Translations under genes and position numbers: made by a program
Shown: positions 27,409 through 38,990 of the stretch, one piece after another
Layout of the letters: each line of letters opens with the position of its first letter
Position numbering within the stretch: the first letter of the stretch is position 1
Assembly: GCA_965153455.1 (NCBI GenBank)
Contig: OZ234493.1
Span: forward strand, 5,332,001-5,396,000
Source of the DNA: Sphagnum compactum
Taxonomy: Eukaryota
Direction: 5' to 3'
Length of the DNA stretch: 64,000 nucleotides
The notes under the pieces: generated by a model
What the model saw: only the letters and a program-made list of their open reading frames with translations
What the model was told of the DNA's origin: nothing
Database searches by the model: none

Positions 27409-28981
27409 CATTACTGGGAAACATAGGTCCAGTTCATAATCCATTTCACTAAGAGGCTTTAAAAGTGAAACGGATTCACTAACTAATGTTTTAACCTAGT
27501 GCAATTACACCATGGGTGAAATCATTTACACTTAATTCTTTGAGGTTCATTTTTTAATTATTAAAAATACTTATAAATTAACATAAATATAATATTTATT
27601 GAATGTAAATATTTATTAATTTATTAAAAAATTTGGTACTCATACAACTTTTTAAACTGTTATAGTTTGTATTAAATTTATTTTTATGATTGAAAAGACC
27701 TTTCCAAAAACTTAAATGACAATATTCTTCAAAATAAACTTCAATCAAATTTACAATACTAAAAATATTATATATGTATAAACTAATAATTAAGAAGTTT
27801 ACATGTAATGTTAATATTTTACATGACATTAAAAAATATTTAAAAATAATAATAGTGTGTATTTAATAACTTAAATATTACACCTTTAAGTCAATTGCTA
27901 AATAATTATAAATAATATAATACTAAAATGTATAATTTATATTGATTAAATATATGTTTAAAATGTGGGGAGATGTAATATAATATTATATATCATTATC
28001 AAAAATCAAATATTGGGGGGGGGGGGGGAATAATTAATAGACTTATTCACAAATTATGTCATTTGAAAAAAAAAATCAAAACATATTGTTGAAATGTATT
28101 AAACAACAAAATTAAATGCATTTTCAGTCAAATTAATTGATTTTTATTTTCTTAAAATAAAGAAAAAAACTTCAAAAGACCATTCTGGAAATGCATTAAA
28201 TTGCAAGTTTCAAATGTATTTTCAATCAAATTAAGTAGTTTTTTTTTTCTTAAAAATGTTAAAGATGTGTATGTTTAGGAAAAAGTTTCTAGAATAAGGT
28301 TTTAAGTTTTTCATTTGGACAAAATATGAGAAAGATAAGAATGGTTTTAAAAAAAGAAAAAAAATTCAAGACATCATTGTTGAAATGTATTAAATTGCAA
28401 GATTCAAATGCATTTTCAGTCAAATTATAAAAAATATTTAAAAAATATTAAAGATGTGTACATCTTGGAAAAATCTTCTAGATTGAAGTTTAATTTTTTT
28501 CATTTGGAATAGTAAAAAAATAAAAAATTGTTAAAGTTGGCTTTTGCAAAACATTTGGAATAAACAATGTATTAAATACAATCATCACTTCATTTGTTTC
28601 AAATCAAATGAGGTGGTTGAATGCCAAAGGCAATGGGCTATTACCTTGAAGGCCAAGGTCTAAATCTTGGTAAAAATTTCCATGCAATAAATGGTGTATG
28701 TTGACCAAATAGTTAACATTATATGTATATAAATATCATTTTTATTAAGAACATAAATTTAAAATTTCGAATTAGTATTTTAAAAATATTTAGAAATAAA
28801 AATGCCATGTGGCAATTTCTTATTTGATTAATTTTTAGTGAATTTGCTTGTCCATACTAACACATCGTCGATCATTAAGTGTTTTGGTGAATTCACTAGT
28901 TTTTAATTTAACAAATTAGTGGTAATTTCACCTAAATGGTTAATGAAACTCCTAATGAATTAGGGACAATCTCTATTAATG
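27409..28981. mobile_element. Non-autonomous CACTA (En/Spm)-type element, 1573 bp, nested in the Gypsy RNaseH region
   Basis: Termini CATTACTGGGA ... TCTCTATTAATG, read as decayed CACTA...TAGTG. The 3-bp TSD is TTG at 27406-27408 and 28982-28984. Removing the insert restores HMVLVYL-VNKPQV. Subterminal TTCACTA/TAGTGAA repeats are present. Confidence 0.8.
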
Positions 28982-29211
28982 TTGGTAAACAAACCACAGG
29001 TTTTAGTGAAAATAGCTAGGTGGTTACTGTTGTTTTTAGAATATGATTTCATATTAATAAACTAGGCAAGACTCATGTAATTGTAGATGTTTTGTTTAGA
29101 TTGCATGATACCACATAACCCACTGGAGACCTAGAACATACCATAGATGTTACCTTTTTTTCACATAACCAAAATGGTTGAACGATGTTAGAATTTTTTA
29201 CAGACAAGATA

Positions 29212-29590
29212 GATGGAAAAGTTTCTGCCAAAAGGACAAAAACAATGGTTACCCATGAGGGTTAAACCCTTTACAATGAAGAATGATGTTTTGTACAAGA
29301 TGGGATAGGAGAACACATTGAGGCGATGCCTATCAACCATAGAAGCCCAAAGGGTGATGAAGGAGTTACATGAGGGAACATCGGGAGGTCATTTTTTACA
29401 AAGATGGAACAATTTCTATCAATAGGACAAAAACAACAATTAGCTGGAAGGGCTAAACCCTTTATAATGAAGAATTATGTTTTGTATAGGATGGGATAGG
29501 ACAATAGATTTAGGTGATGCCTATCAACCACAAAAGCCCAAAGGGTGATGAAGGAGTTACATGAAGGAACAACATGAGATCATTTTGCAA
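29212..29590 (+). repeat. Tandem duplication (about 190 bp x2) inside Gypsy pol
   Basis: GATGGAA...AAACCCTTTA...GATGCCTATCAACCA...GCCCAAAGGGTGATGAAGGAGTTACATGA...CATTTT occurs twice in succession. Confidence 0.85.
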
Positions 29591-32500
29591 TTAAGATCAC
29601 ACATAAGAAAATTTTGGATGCAAGGTATTAGTGGCCCACAATGTACAGAGATGTCAATGATTTCTACAAATCATATGATGTGTGTTAGCACACTAGAAGG
29701 TCGACTACACAAAGTTTGGCTAGGCTACTTATAACTTCTTTAGAGGAACCATTTATGAAATGGGAACTTGATTTTGTGGGACCAATAAAACCAACAGGAA
29801 GGTATACATGGAACAAGTACATATTGGTGGCCATAGATTATGTAACAAAATGGGTGGAAGCCAAAACATTAAGGACAAATACTATAACAATAATAACAAA
29901 AAAATTGCATGAGTGCACTCTTACCAAGTTTAGATGTCCACTAACTATAGTCACATATTAGGGGGTGCATTTTATTAATGATGTTATCAAACATTTGACA
30001 GACCGTTTTTTATTAAACAATGTTAGTTCCACTACTTGTTACCCATAGGGGAATGGTCAGGTTAAATCCACTAACAAGGTATTGGGGAAATTGTTGATTA
30101 AGTTGGTTAGTGTAAATATAACATATTGATATGAACATTTACCAATAATTTTGTTTTCTTACAAAACAACATACACGGTAGCTATAGGATATACACCATA
30201 CTAACTTGTTTATGGGTTACATCCTTTAATGCCTATAGAGTACATTTTACCATTAATTCGTAATAACCACAAAGAAGGAAATAATGTGGGAGTTTTAACA
30301 AGTAGAGTTTAGAGCTTACAAAGCCGCATGAAGACATTGCAATTTGAGGTGAAATTAGGAACATAGTAATGGAATAAGGCTTTTTGGAATCAAGCCTTAT
30401 TTTGGTGGTTATTACGAAAATACAATTCAAATTCAATGATTTTTTTTTTGGTGGTTTCCAAAGGGGAGTAAGTCACATCTTGGGAAGTTCACTAGGAAAT
30501 GGTTTGGACCATATAAAATACAATATGTGTTGCCTAACAATACGATATTGTTAGTGACACTCACTAACTTTGAACCTAATTTTGTGTTGGTGAATATTAA
30601 CAAATTGAAACCATATAAATTTATTGAATATGAAGTGCAAGATTTTGAAGTACAAACATCGATCTCTTTGGGAAGAACTATAGACAACAAACAATTCACA
30701 AAAAGGAGGCAAGGATAATAGTGATATGGATGAAGATGCAAATGATGAAGTAATGCCACATCAACCACATATGAAGGAAGGCAGCTTGGTAGTCATAACC
30801 ATAAAAGAATTGATCGATCTAGCAACTCAATTGGATGACTCTATTGATGAGTTGGGATGTGTCTTGATACACATGGCAAAGCAATTGAAGAATGAATGGA
30901 AGGTGGCTATGAAGACATATGGATGAATGAAGAGGATAACAATGCATTTGGACCATTGACGGACGTTAATTACTTCCATGTGGATGTACAAGAAAAAATT
31001 CATCATGAATTGAATGGGGTGTTTGAAAAAAAAAAAAACATTTACTGCAAAAACTGCCTTAAACAAAAAAACAGGAGGAAGGAATGGCTATTGAATTTCT
31101 TGGCATTCAAAGGTTTTTCATAACATATTCATGTTTTACATTTACAATGTGTGTTGCAACATGAATGAAAAATTGCAAACAATAACAACGGAAGCAAAAG
31201 CGCAAATAACTATAGAGCGTGATAGAGTGCAAAAACTTGAAATAGAAAAATATGTGGCAAAATTTTTGAATGTGAGGAAGGAAGAAGGTTTGAAGTAGGG
31301 ATCAATGCAATAGTTCAATGTGTAGACAAAATTCAAGCCTTGGTATGACTTGTGTTGGGGAGGCTACAAAGTGGCATTTTCAACAAGAAAACAAGAGATG
31401 CAATGAGACCTAGTGCAACAATGGAAGAATCGGTGGAGATTCCGGATTCCAGTGACAAAAATGACAAAGAAAGTGTTGGTGCAAAACAATGGTTAATTGC
31501 AAAAACACCAAAATTTCAGGAGACCACAAAAATTACATTGGAGGCAATGCGGCCATAGATGGTAGGGAAAGAAATAATGCCCACCTCACCATCTCAACTA
31601 GGTTTGGAAAACTTAATAGGCTTTGGAACTCGAAAAAAAAATGTCTATGGAAGATGGATCAAAAGACTCTAGAACAGAGGGGGATTAGGATTCTAGATGT
31701 GACAAGATTTTTTTTTACTCCAACCAAACAAAGTTATTCCAAATATGTGGAGGGAATAAAAATGTTGAAGAAGATGGGAGAGGGTGAAGAAGCATGGGCT
31801 AGTAAGGCAAGTTTAGTCACATTGTTGGACATTGACTAGAAGGAACCATACCATGATAATCTAGTAGAATTCCTGAATATTTTTGTGATTAAAGGGTCTA
31901 AGATTTATTTTGGGAGGAGAGGTATAGTGTATGTCATTGGTAAATAAATAGTAGCTTATGCATTTGGAGTCTATTATAGTGGGTATGTTGAGGATCTAAA
32001 AGGACAAGTGACCAAGATGTTGGTACACGAATTGTTGTTTAGTTGTTACATTAAGCTTTTATACACAAATGCAGATTAGTGGAACATTAAGAAGTGAAAA
32101 ATGCCAATTAAAATTAGATACCCAATTGTAATATCTATGGTATACTAGAGGCAAAAAATAAATTACATGAATAACATGAATGCATTGACATTCATGAAGG
32201 TGGAGGAAGGACTTGAGGTGGATTGGGCACATATTATGTTCAATAATCTGTGTAGTGAGTTGGATAGATGGACCAAGATGCAAGCAAAACTGTAAGTGGA
32301 TGGGAAACATGAGGACAAAAAATAAACTTCTAATTTGGCGTCAATTTTGGAAAGGTCGTTCAAACACATGTTTCAAGAAGATTATGGGGTTGCAGAAAAA
32401 AAGACAAAAGAAACCCAAAAGAAGACAAAAATAACCAAGGAGGAAATGCAACAGGTTCTAGATAGGAGGAGAGGAGCATCAAGGGGATCTTCATAAATGA

Positions 32501-33599
32501 TGGAAAAAAGTAAGGACATAATTGAAATTGGAAAAGGATTAAAGTAGAGACGAAAATTAAGGGAGGATGTTAGACCTTAGAAATTCATTTGCAAGGGAGT
32601 TTTAGACAACTTGGAGTCATCATCCTAGGAGTGGTTACACATCATATTCCTTTTAAACCACATAACGAGAACAAATCAGTACAAGAGCAATAGAGGAAAT
32701 AATAGTTGCAGAATATGAAATAAGAGCATAATAAATCACCACATCTAGTAGCAGTAATACATGAACAATACTAATAGTCACGACATGATGTAGCAGATGA
32801 TTTTTATGATTATCATGCACATATGGAAGCTCATGAGGATGTCATTATGGATGTTAGGATAAAACAACCATAGACGAACCAACAACAGTCACATCAACTT
32901 TAGGTACCATAGATGGTTTTAATAAAACCATCATTCAATGAATATAAACCGACTATAATATTAGTACCACAAAATAGACCAAGGTCAATAGAAGGGACAA
33001 CTTTAGAAATGAGTTAGGAACTATAGATGAAGGATAATAAGGTGATGTCATTAGGAAAAGATCTAAAGAAGAAACACCACAAAACCTTACACCCAAATCT
33101 GTAAAGGATATGGCAGCTAAGGTTTTAGAGCATAACAAAACTATAGAGATGTTTCAAGCAATGGCTATAGTCAACCTAAAGACGGGAAATTTGGGTTTAG
33201 AGGTACAATTAGTAAAAACTAGATTAACCACAGTGGAAGTCTAGAAGAACAAAGATTGTTTAGGTAAATACAAAAGGAACAAGAAGGTTGTGAGGAATAT
33301 AAAAGCAGATGGGGGGTTGGAAGAAGCAGAAAATGGAAATGGAGGAATGAATGAATGCCAAAATAGTGGAATTGACTACATAAAATGAGGAGCTAAAGAG
33401 GAGGATGGTTGAATGGACAACTATACATAAGGAATGCCAAAAATTGAAAAAGAAAGAAAAGTCATGGAATGAGACGAAATAACAGTATTAGAAGGCAATG
33501 ATAGACTATAAACATAAAAAGGAAGGATTGCAAAAGGAGAAGGTATTGTGGCTACAAGAGCAAGAGATTAGGGATAATATAATTGAAAAAATGTCTTTA

Positions 33600-34224
33600 T
33601 AGGGTGAAAACACATTAAGGTGGAGTACATAATCTTGTCACAACTTGTTGAATTATCAATCATGGGCCATGGAACAAAATATAAATGAATAATATGTGAA
33701 ATGGATTAAAAAATAATAATATTACATGTGATATGATCACATTGTATGAATTTCATGAATAAATTTTGAATTACCATAACATATTGGACTTTTAAAGTGC
33801 CAAAAACCTTGCATCATAATTCATATCTTATGATTATGGACTCATTATATTTATTAAAATGTTTAGTTGAATGAATTTTTTTGACATAAAAAGTAGTGTG
33901 ATGCCATTGACACAAAAGAAGACAATTTTGAAAGATTTTGAAAACCATAAATTGAGATATATAATGAAATATGGAGTTTTTTTATAAAGTCATTTTTTCA
34001 TTTGAATTAATAATTTCACTTTTCATTTTTTAAATGTAAATTTTTGATACAATTATCTACAATTGATAAAATTTAGAAATAAATAAAAAATTTGTTTAAC
34101 CTTGCCATATGACTTGTGTAATATAATATATTTTGCTATAGTGTAGAAATGGACTTTTATTTAAATACTAGTATGGATTCCACATATGTTGGAAAATACT
34201 TCACCTTAATGTGCTTTCACCCTA
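33600..34224. mobile_element. Tc1/mariner-type MITE, 625 bp
   Basis: 28-bp TIRs, TAGGGTGAAAACACATTAAGGTGGAGTA versus reverse-complement TAGGGTGAAAGCACATTAAGGTGAAGTA (2 mismatches). Flanked by TA at 33598-33599 and 34225-34226; AT-rich non-coding interior. Confidence 0.85.
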
Positions 34225-36989
34225 TAGATTTTACGCATGAAGTTTATGATTGTAGCAAAGGAACTTTGTCAACAAAAGGTGGAAGAGGAAAAGGAGAAGG
34301 CACTTTTTGAAGTCTTAGTAGTATAAAAAAATATACTAAAAACCAAAATCAAATTGGATGATTTGTTGGAAAGGTACAAGGATTTGGATCTTGTGTACAT
34401 TATCAATAGATTGAAGGAGTATGACAATTCGGTACACTATTACACTATATTATGTACCAAACAAATAGTTGGAAGACTCCAATGTTGAATCAGATGAATG
34501 GTGGGAGTTGGCAAAAATGCAATTCAAGGAAAACATGATTAAGAATTTGGCTACACATAAGAAGGATGAGGATAGGTACATAAAACATTTGTTTGTGTTT
34601 ATGAAAGCCTTTTCAAACTTTATGTACAGAATCTAGATAATTTAGAGCCATCTAATCAAGTGCATGAAGCAAAAGAAGAAGCTCAATTTTGTGGAATAGT
34701 ACATGAATAGTAGGAGGAGACAACACATGGTCTTAAAGGAGGAGGACATGATCATTAGAATGAGGAGGTTGAGGAACAAATATAGAAAAATTCTTATACA
34801 AGGAGTAGAGAGGACAACTAATGACATTAGTGAATAGAGGGAGCCAGTTGGAAGCACATAACAGGTGGTGGAGCACAAACAATAAGGTACAACAAAACCA
34901 TTGCTTGAGGTTTCAATTCTTCAAATGAGTGCAACATCTAAGGATGCCATAGGAGCATAAACTAAGGTGCAAACAACAATATCAACAACTTAGGGTGAGT
35001 AGATCAAGCCATAGATGGTTGATGTATTGACTTGAAGAACAAGTTTTTAAAAGCTATAGCAAGGATTTCAAGGATGGAATCCAGAGCGGAAGGAAGGTAA
35101 CATGTTACGTGGTGAATGGTAGAAATTAAACAAGGCATAATGTGGCAAGGATAAAAGTAGCGATTCAACAAAGTAGGATGAACATGCTTAGTTAGTTGAA
35201 TAGGATGAAGACATTTAATTAGTTTGATGATTCAAGTTACTTTTGGAGGGAAGAGACTTAGGATGTAGTTTTGGAAATTGATGAAGATTGGGATAATGTT
35301 TTTTTTACACACAAAAAAATTGAAAGAGTTGTTGGAGGATAAAATAGAAACACAATAATAATAATAATAATAGTTATGTTGGGTATTGACCCACAAATTT
35401 TCCTATTATCATATTGGATTTCTATATTTCATATATTTCAATAGATGTTTCATATATTCAATTATGAGTCAAGAAAATAGTAGAATGTTGATGAAGAAAC
35501 AATGAAACTAATTTGAAACTAGTGTGTTTATTTAATTGAATTTTGAACCTTGATCATATATTTTGATTATTAAGGATCATAGAAAATCTAGAAAGTAAAA
35601 AAACAATATGTGCAATAAGAAATGTGTGAATACAGTCTACAAATGAAATAAAGTAAATAAAAACACATTTTGTGTGTGTTGTAAGTATTTTTGAAAATAT
35701 AATTTGCATTGTTTTGTTTGTAGGCATAAAACAAATTTATGTAAAATTTGCGCCTACCAATGGACTACTTTTGATTATTTAAAAAATAATGGTAATGCTT
35801 ACCAAGATGATGTGGCAAACCATGATTGGTTATAAAATCTGATGGATTCAAAAATCATGATTTTCATACTGGTTGAAATTTTCATTTTTCTAGTCATGAC
35901 ACATTATATTATTATGTAAAGGTTTGAATTAATTATTATACATTATCATGTCATTTTGAAGGCATTTCAATCCTTTAAAAAATGAAAAAAATCAAAATCA
36001 ATAGTTATAGTGCTTTACGTATGCTTTTGAATAAGGTGAAAGCACACTAAAGGTGAGCCACTTTTCACCAAAGAGGTGATGTATAATGAATATCATAGTA
36101 CGTAGTAAGCTAATATCTTGATGGTATCCTTTGGCTATCTTAATCACAAGCAAAAAAATTAAAAATTTACATGATAACCTTTTGGAACTCAAAGTTTACT
36201 TTGAGTCAAAATTAATCTTGATCCAACGGTTAGATGAAGAGGATGGATAAAATTAATGTACATACAATATATAACTTACAATTTTTCAATGACCATAAGG
36301 CCTCATGTTTGTGGTTCATAAAACATTACCAAACGAAAACAAATTGAAAAAATAATGCAATCTTCATCTATAAAATCTCCTCCTCTTTGATATGGTAGTG
36401 GTTTTTTCCTAAAAATAATAATTATTATGCATTTATTGTTCAAAAATGCAAAAAACACACATTTTTTGAATGAAATTTCATCCAAAAACTTTAAATCTTT
36501 AAATGATCCTAGATTTAATTCATGTATATCAATATCATACACCATAAGAAATTCACCCAAGAATTTCATTCATAACCCTAGTTTTGAAATACATATGCAA
36601 TTTTTTCAAACTTTGTGACATGTATTATTTTGTCACAAATATACTAAGTTTTTCATTATTTGTTTGATTTAAAAAAATACTTGATATTAAGTTTAAAGTT
36701 AATCAAATATTCTTAAAACATACAAAAATAATCTAAGATGTGATGTCCATACATTACCAAAAAAAATAATTGTAGAAAGATTATACTTGTGACTACAATT
36801 TTTGGAGGGCTTATTGTGCTTATGCCCAATAGGTTATTTTTGTTAGGTTCAATTCAAATTATTTCACATGTTTTCAATATATTAGAATGGGCATCATGTA
36901 GATATATTTTAAACTTACAATATTAGTATATTTTTGATATTAAAAGTTCATGAAAGCTCAAACACTAGTTACACTTGTTGTGATACATG

Positions 36990-38990
36990 TTATATGACTA
37001 CATTTGAAAGGCTTTGTTGAAAAGCTTCCTTGGGAACCATGGGAATGGACTTGGTGAGACAAACATAACATGAGGAATTTCTCCTTTTTGAGTCATTTGG
37101 TAGGTGAAGATGCAATAGCAACTTGAAGGAGAGACCTAAATTGATTGCTTGGATGAAATAACTACTTATTAGTGGGTTTATTGAGGGATAGTTGGACGCC
37201 ATTCTCAAATGGATTTGGCATGCTTTTAGACCTAGGAAGGTTATGTTGATCTAGTTTATTTTAAACAAAGGACTCTTAACAAGTTCATGACTTGTTCAAA
37301 TGGGTTTTGACTTTGGATGTTCATTATGTAATTATAGGTTAATGGATATTCTCTCACAATTTGTTTATTGGCTATGACAATGTTCAATTTGCTTAGGGCA
37401 CTTTTCAACAAGTTTGCCAAATCTTTGACACTTTTATGGATAATTTCATTTGGGTTCAACTTCTTTTTGGGGGACATCAATGAAGACTTGGATTCTAACA
37501 TTTTTGTTTATTCTAGCTTTACTTTTGCCAACCAACCATTAGACACCATAGGTATTTTACTTATTATTTCTATGGCATGAGATATATTTGTTGAGATTTG
37601 ATTGTAATTATTCTATGACTCATGTTTGAAGTTCTACCTTGATTTCTATTGTTCAAGTTGGACTGGTCACACGGCAATCCTTTCAAAATGGTAAGCAATC
37701 TAATTTACTTTTTGTTCAAACTCAACTTAAAGACCTTTTTTGTAATAGCTAGTTTATTCATGGCATTTTCAGGAGGAAGGGGCAACCCATTTGTCGACCC
37801 TTGTTCCCCTTGGATTCTTCAAGAATTTCACTAAATAAAAAAGGTTTGAACTTTACCCCTCCTTGAATGGGATTTACTCTACAAATAACAACCCCTAATA
37901 AACATGAGACAAATCATAAATTCAACATTCATGAAATGGTTGTGTAAATTATGAGGTGACCATCTTTCTTAATGTAAATAGTTTCAATTTGTCAATCCCG
38001 ATTTGTCATATGAATTGTAAGGACTTACCTAAAGACTAACTAGGTGGGCACATGTGGCTCTTGTGATTTTACAAATCTTGTCTTTATACAAACAAGGGTT
38101 ATAACATGAGTGTAAAACATATGCACAAATACATAATGCTCATGGACAATGCTTGTGTATAGGGGTGAAAAAATCCTATATTGTTAGTGAGATAGATAAA
38201 ATGGGAACCTTGAATTGTTTTGAGTTAACTTTAGTAAACTAATAGTTAAAATGTTGAAATAATTTCAAGGCAAACCCATCCTTGGTTGGTATCATTAGGA
38301 ATGTAGACATTGAATTTTTTAAACCCATCCAGCTTTAGGACAACATAGGACTCACTTAAAGAAAAAAACTCACTTGAGGTTTTATAGTTAAACCCAAGTT
38401 GTGAAAATTTTGAAACTTCAATTGGATTTATAGAAATTTAAAGACGGAACTAGAAAATGGTTATTGGTTCAACTGACCAACTTGTTGTTACATTTGAGGA
38501 GGGTTGTCAAGATCAATCGACTCGCCTTGAGGGGACGATACTGACCCTTTGTACTTCACATGAAGTTCAAGCTCTATTGAAAAGTTATCCTCATCTTCGG
38601 ATTCTAATAGTTGGAAATTCAAGTCAACCGAAAACTAATGTCAAAAGATGAAGTTGACTACTCGGGTTACATTCAATTATGTCTTGCCAATTTATTTTTT
38701 TGGGGTTTGATTACGGTGGATAGATCCTGCAACCTAAAATGCAAATTGTTGAATATTACCTGAGCCCAATTTACCGGTTTTTGGAGTTCATCCAAGGCCA
38801 CTAGAATCATAAGCTTATTGCTAACATTTAAGATTCCAAGTGAACAATTGATGAAAAAGTTGCAGGAAAGTAACAATTTGGGTTCCTTTGTTCAAGAACA
38901 CAAAAGAAACATGATTTATTTTATTTTTAATGCTTTTCATTTTTAGGTTGCTTAACATGGTCTTTTTTAGATTTGTTTAATATATGGTGG
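36990..38990 (-). mobile_element. Decayed fragments of another retroelement accessory ORF
   Basis: 38673-38876(-) encodes VNWAQVIFNNL, similar to VDWAHIMFNNL at about 32218-32250(+) in the Gypsy extra ORF. Surrounding short Lys/Asn-rich broken ORFs. Confidence 0.4.

Larger units (their letters stand above)
24650..35100 (+). mobile_element. Degenerate Ty3/Gypsy LTR retrotransposon internal region (gag-PR-RT-RNaseH-INT plus an extra 3' ORF), many stops and frameshifts
   Basis: Protease-like relic at about 25300-25640. RT WLSQLVVVPKKNGKLKICVDFKKLN (about 26395-26470), FLDGYS.YHQ and LDDF (about 26685-26760). RNaseH EFHVHT..SL and NKPQ...IARWLLLFLEYDF. Integrase [13 protein letters not shown]...[16 protein letters not shown] (29716-29961) and KWFGPYKI. 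Domain order is RT-RH-INT. LTRs not found. Confidence 0.9.

Noticed and set aside
24100-35400. Paired LTRs, PBS and PPT for the Gypsy element
   Set aside because: No matching TG...CA direct repeats could be found by eye; the flanks are occupied by other AT-rich repeats.
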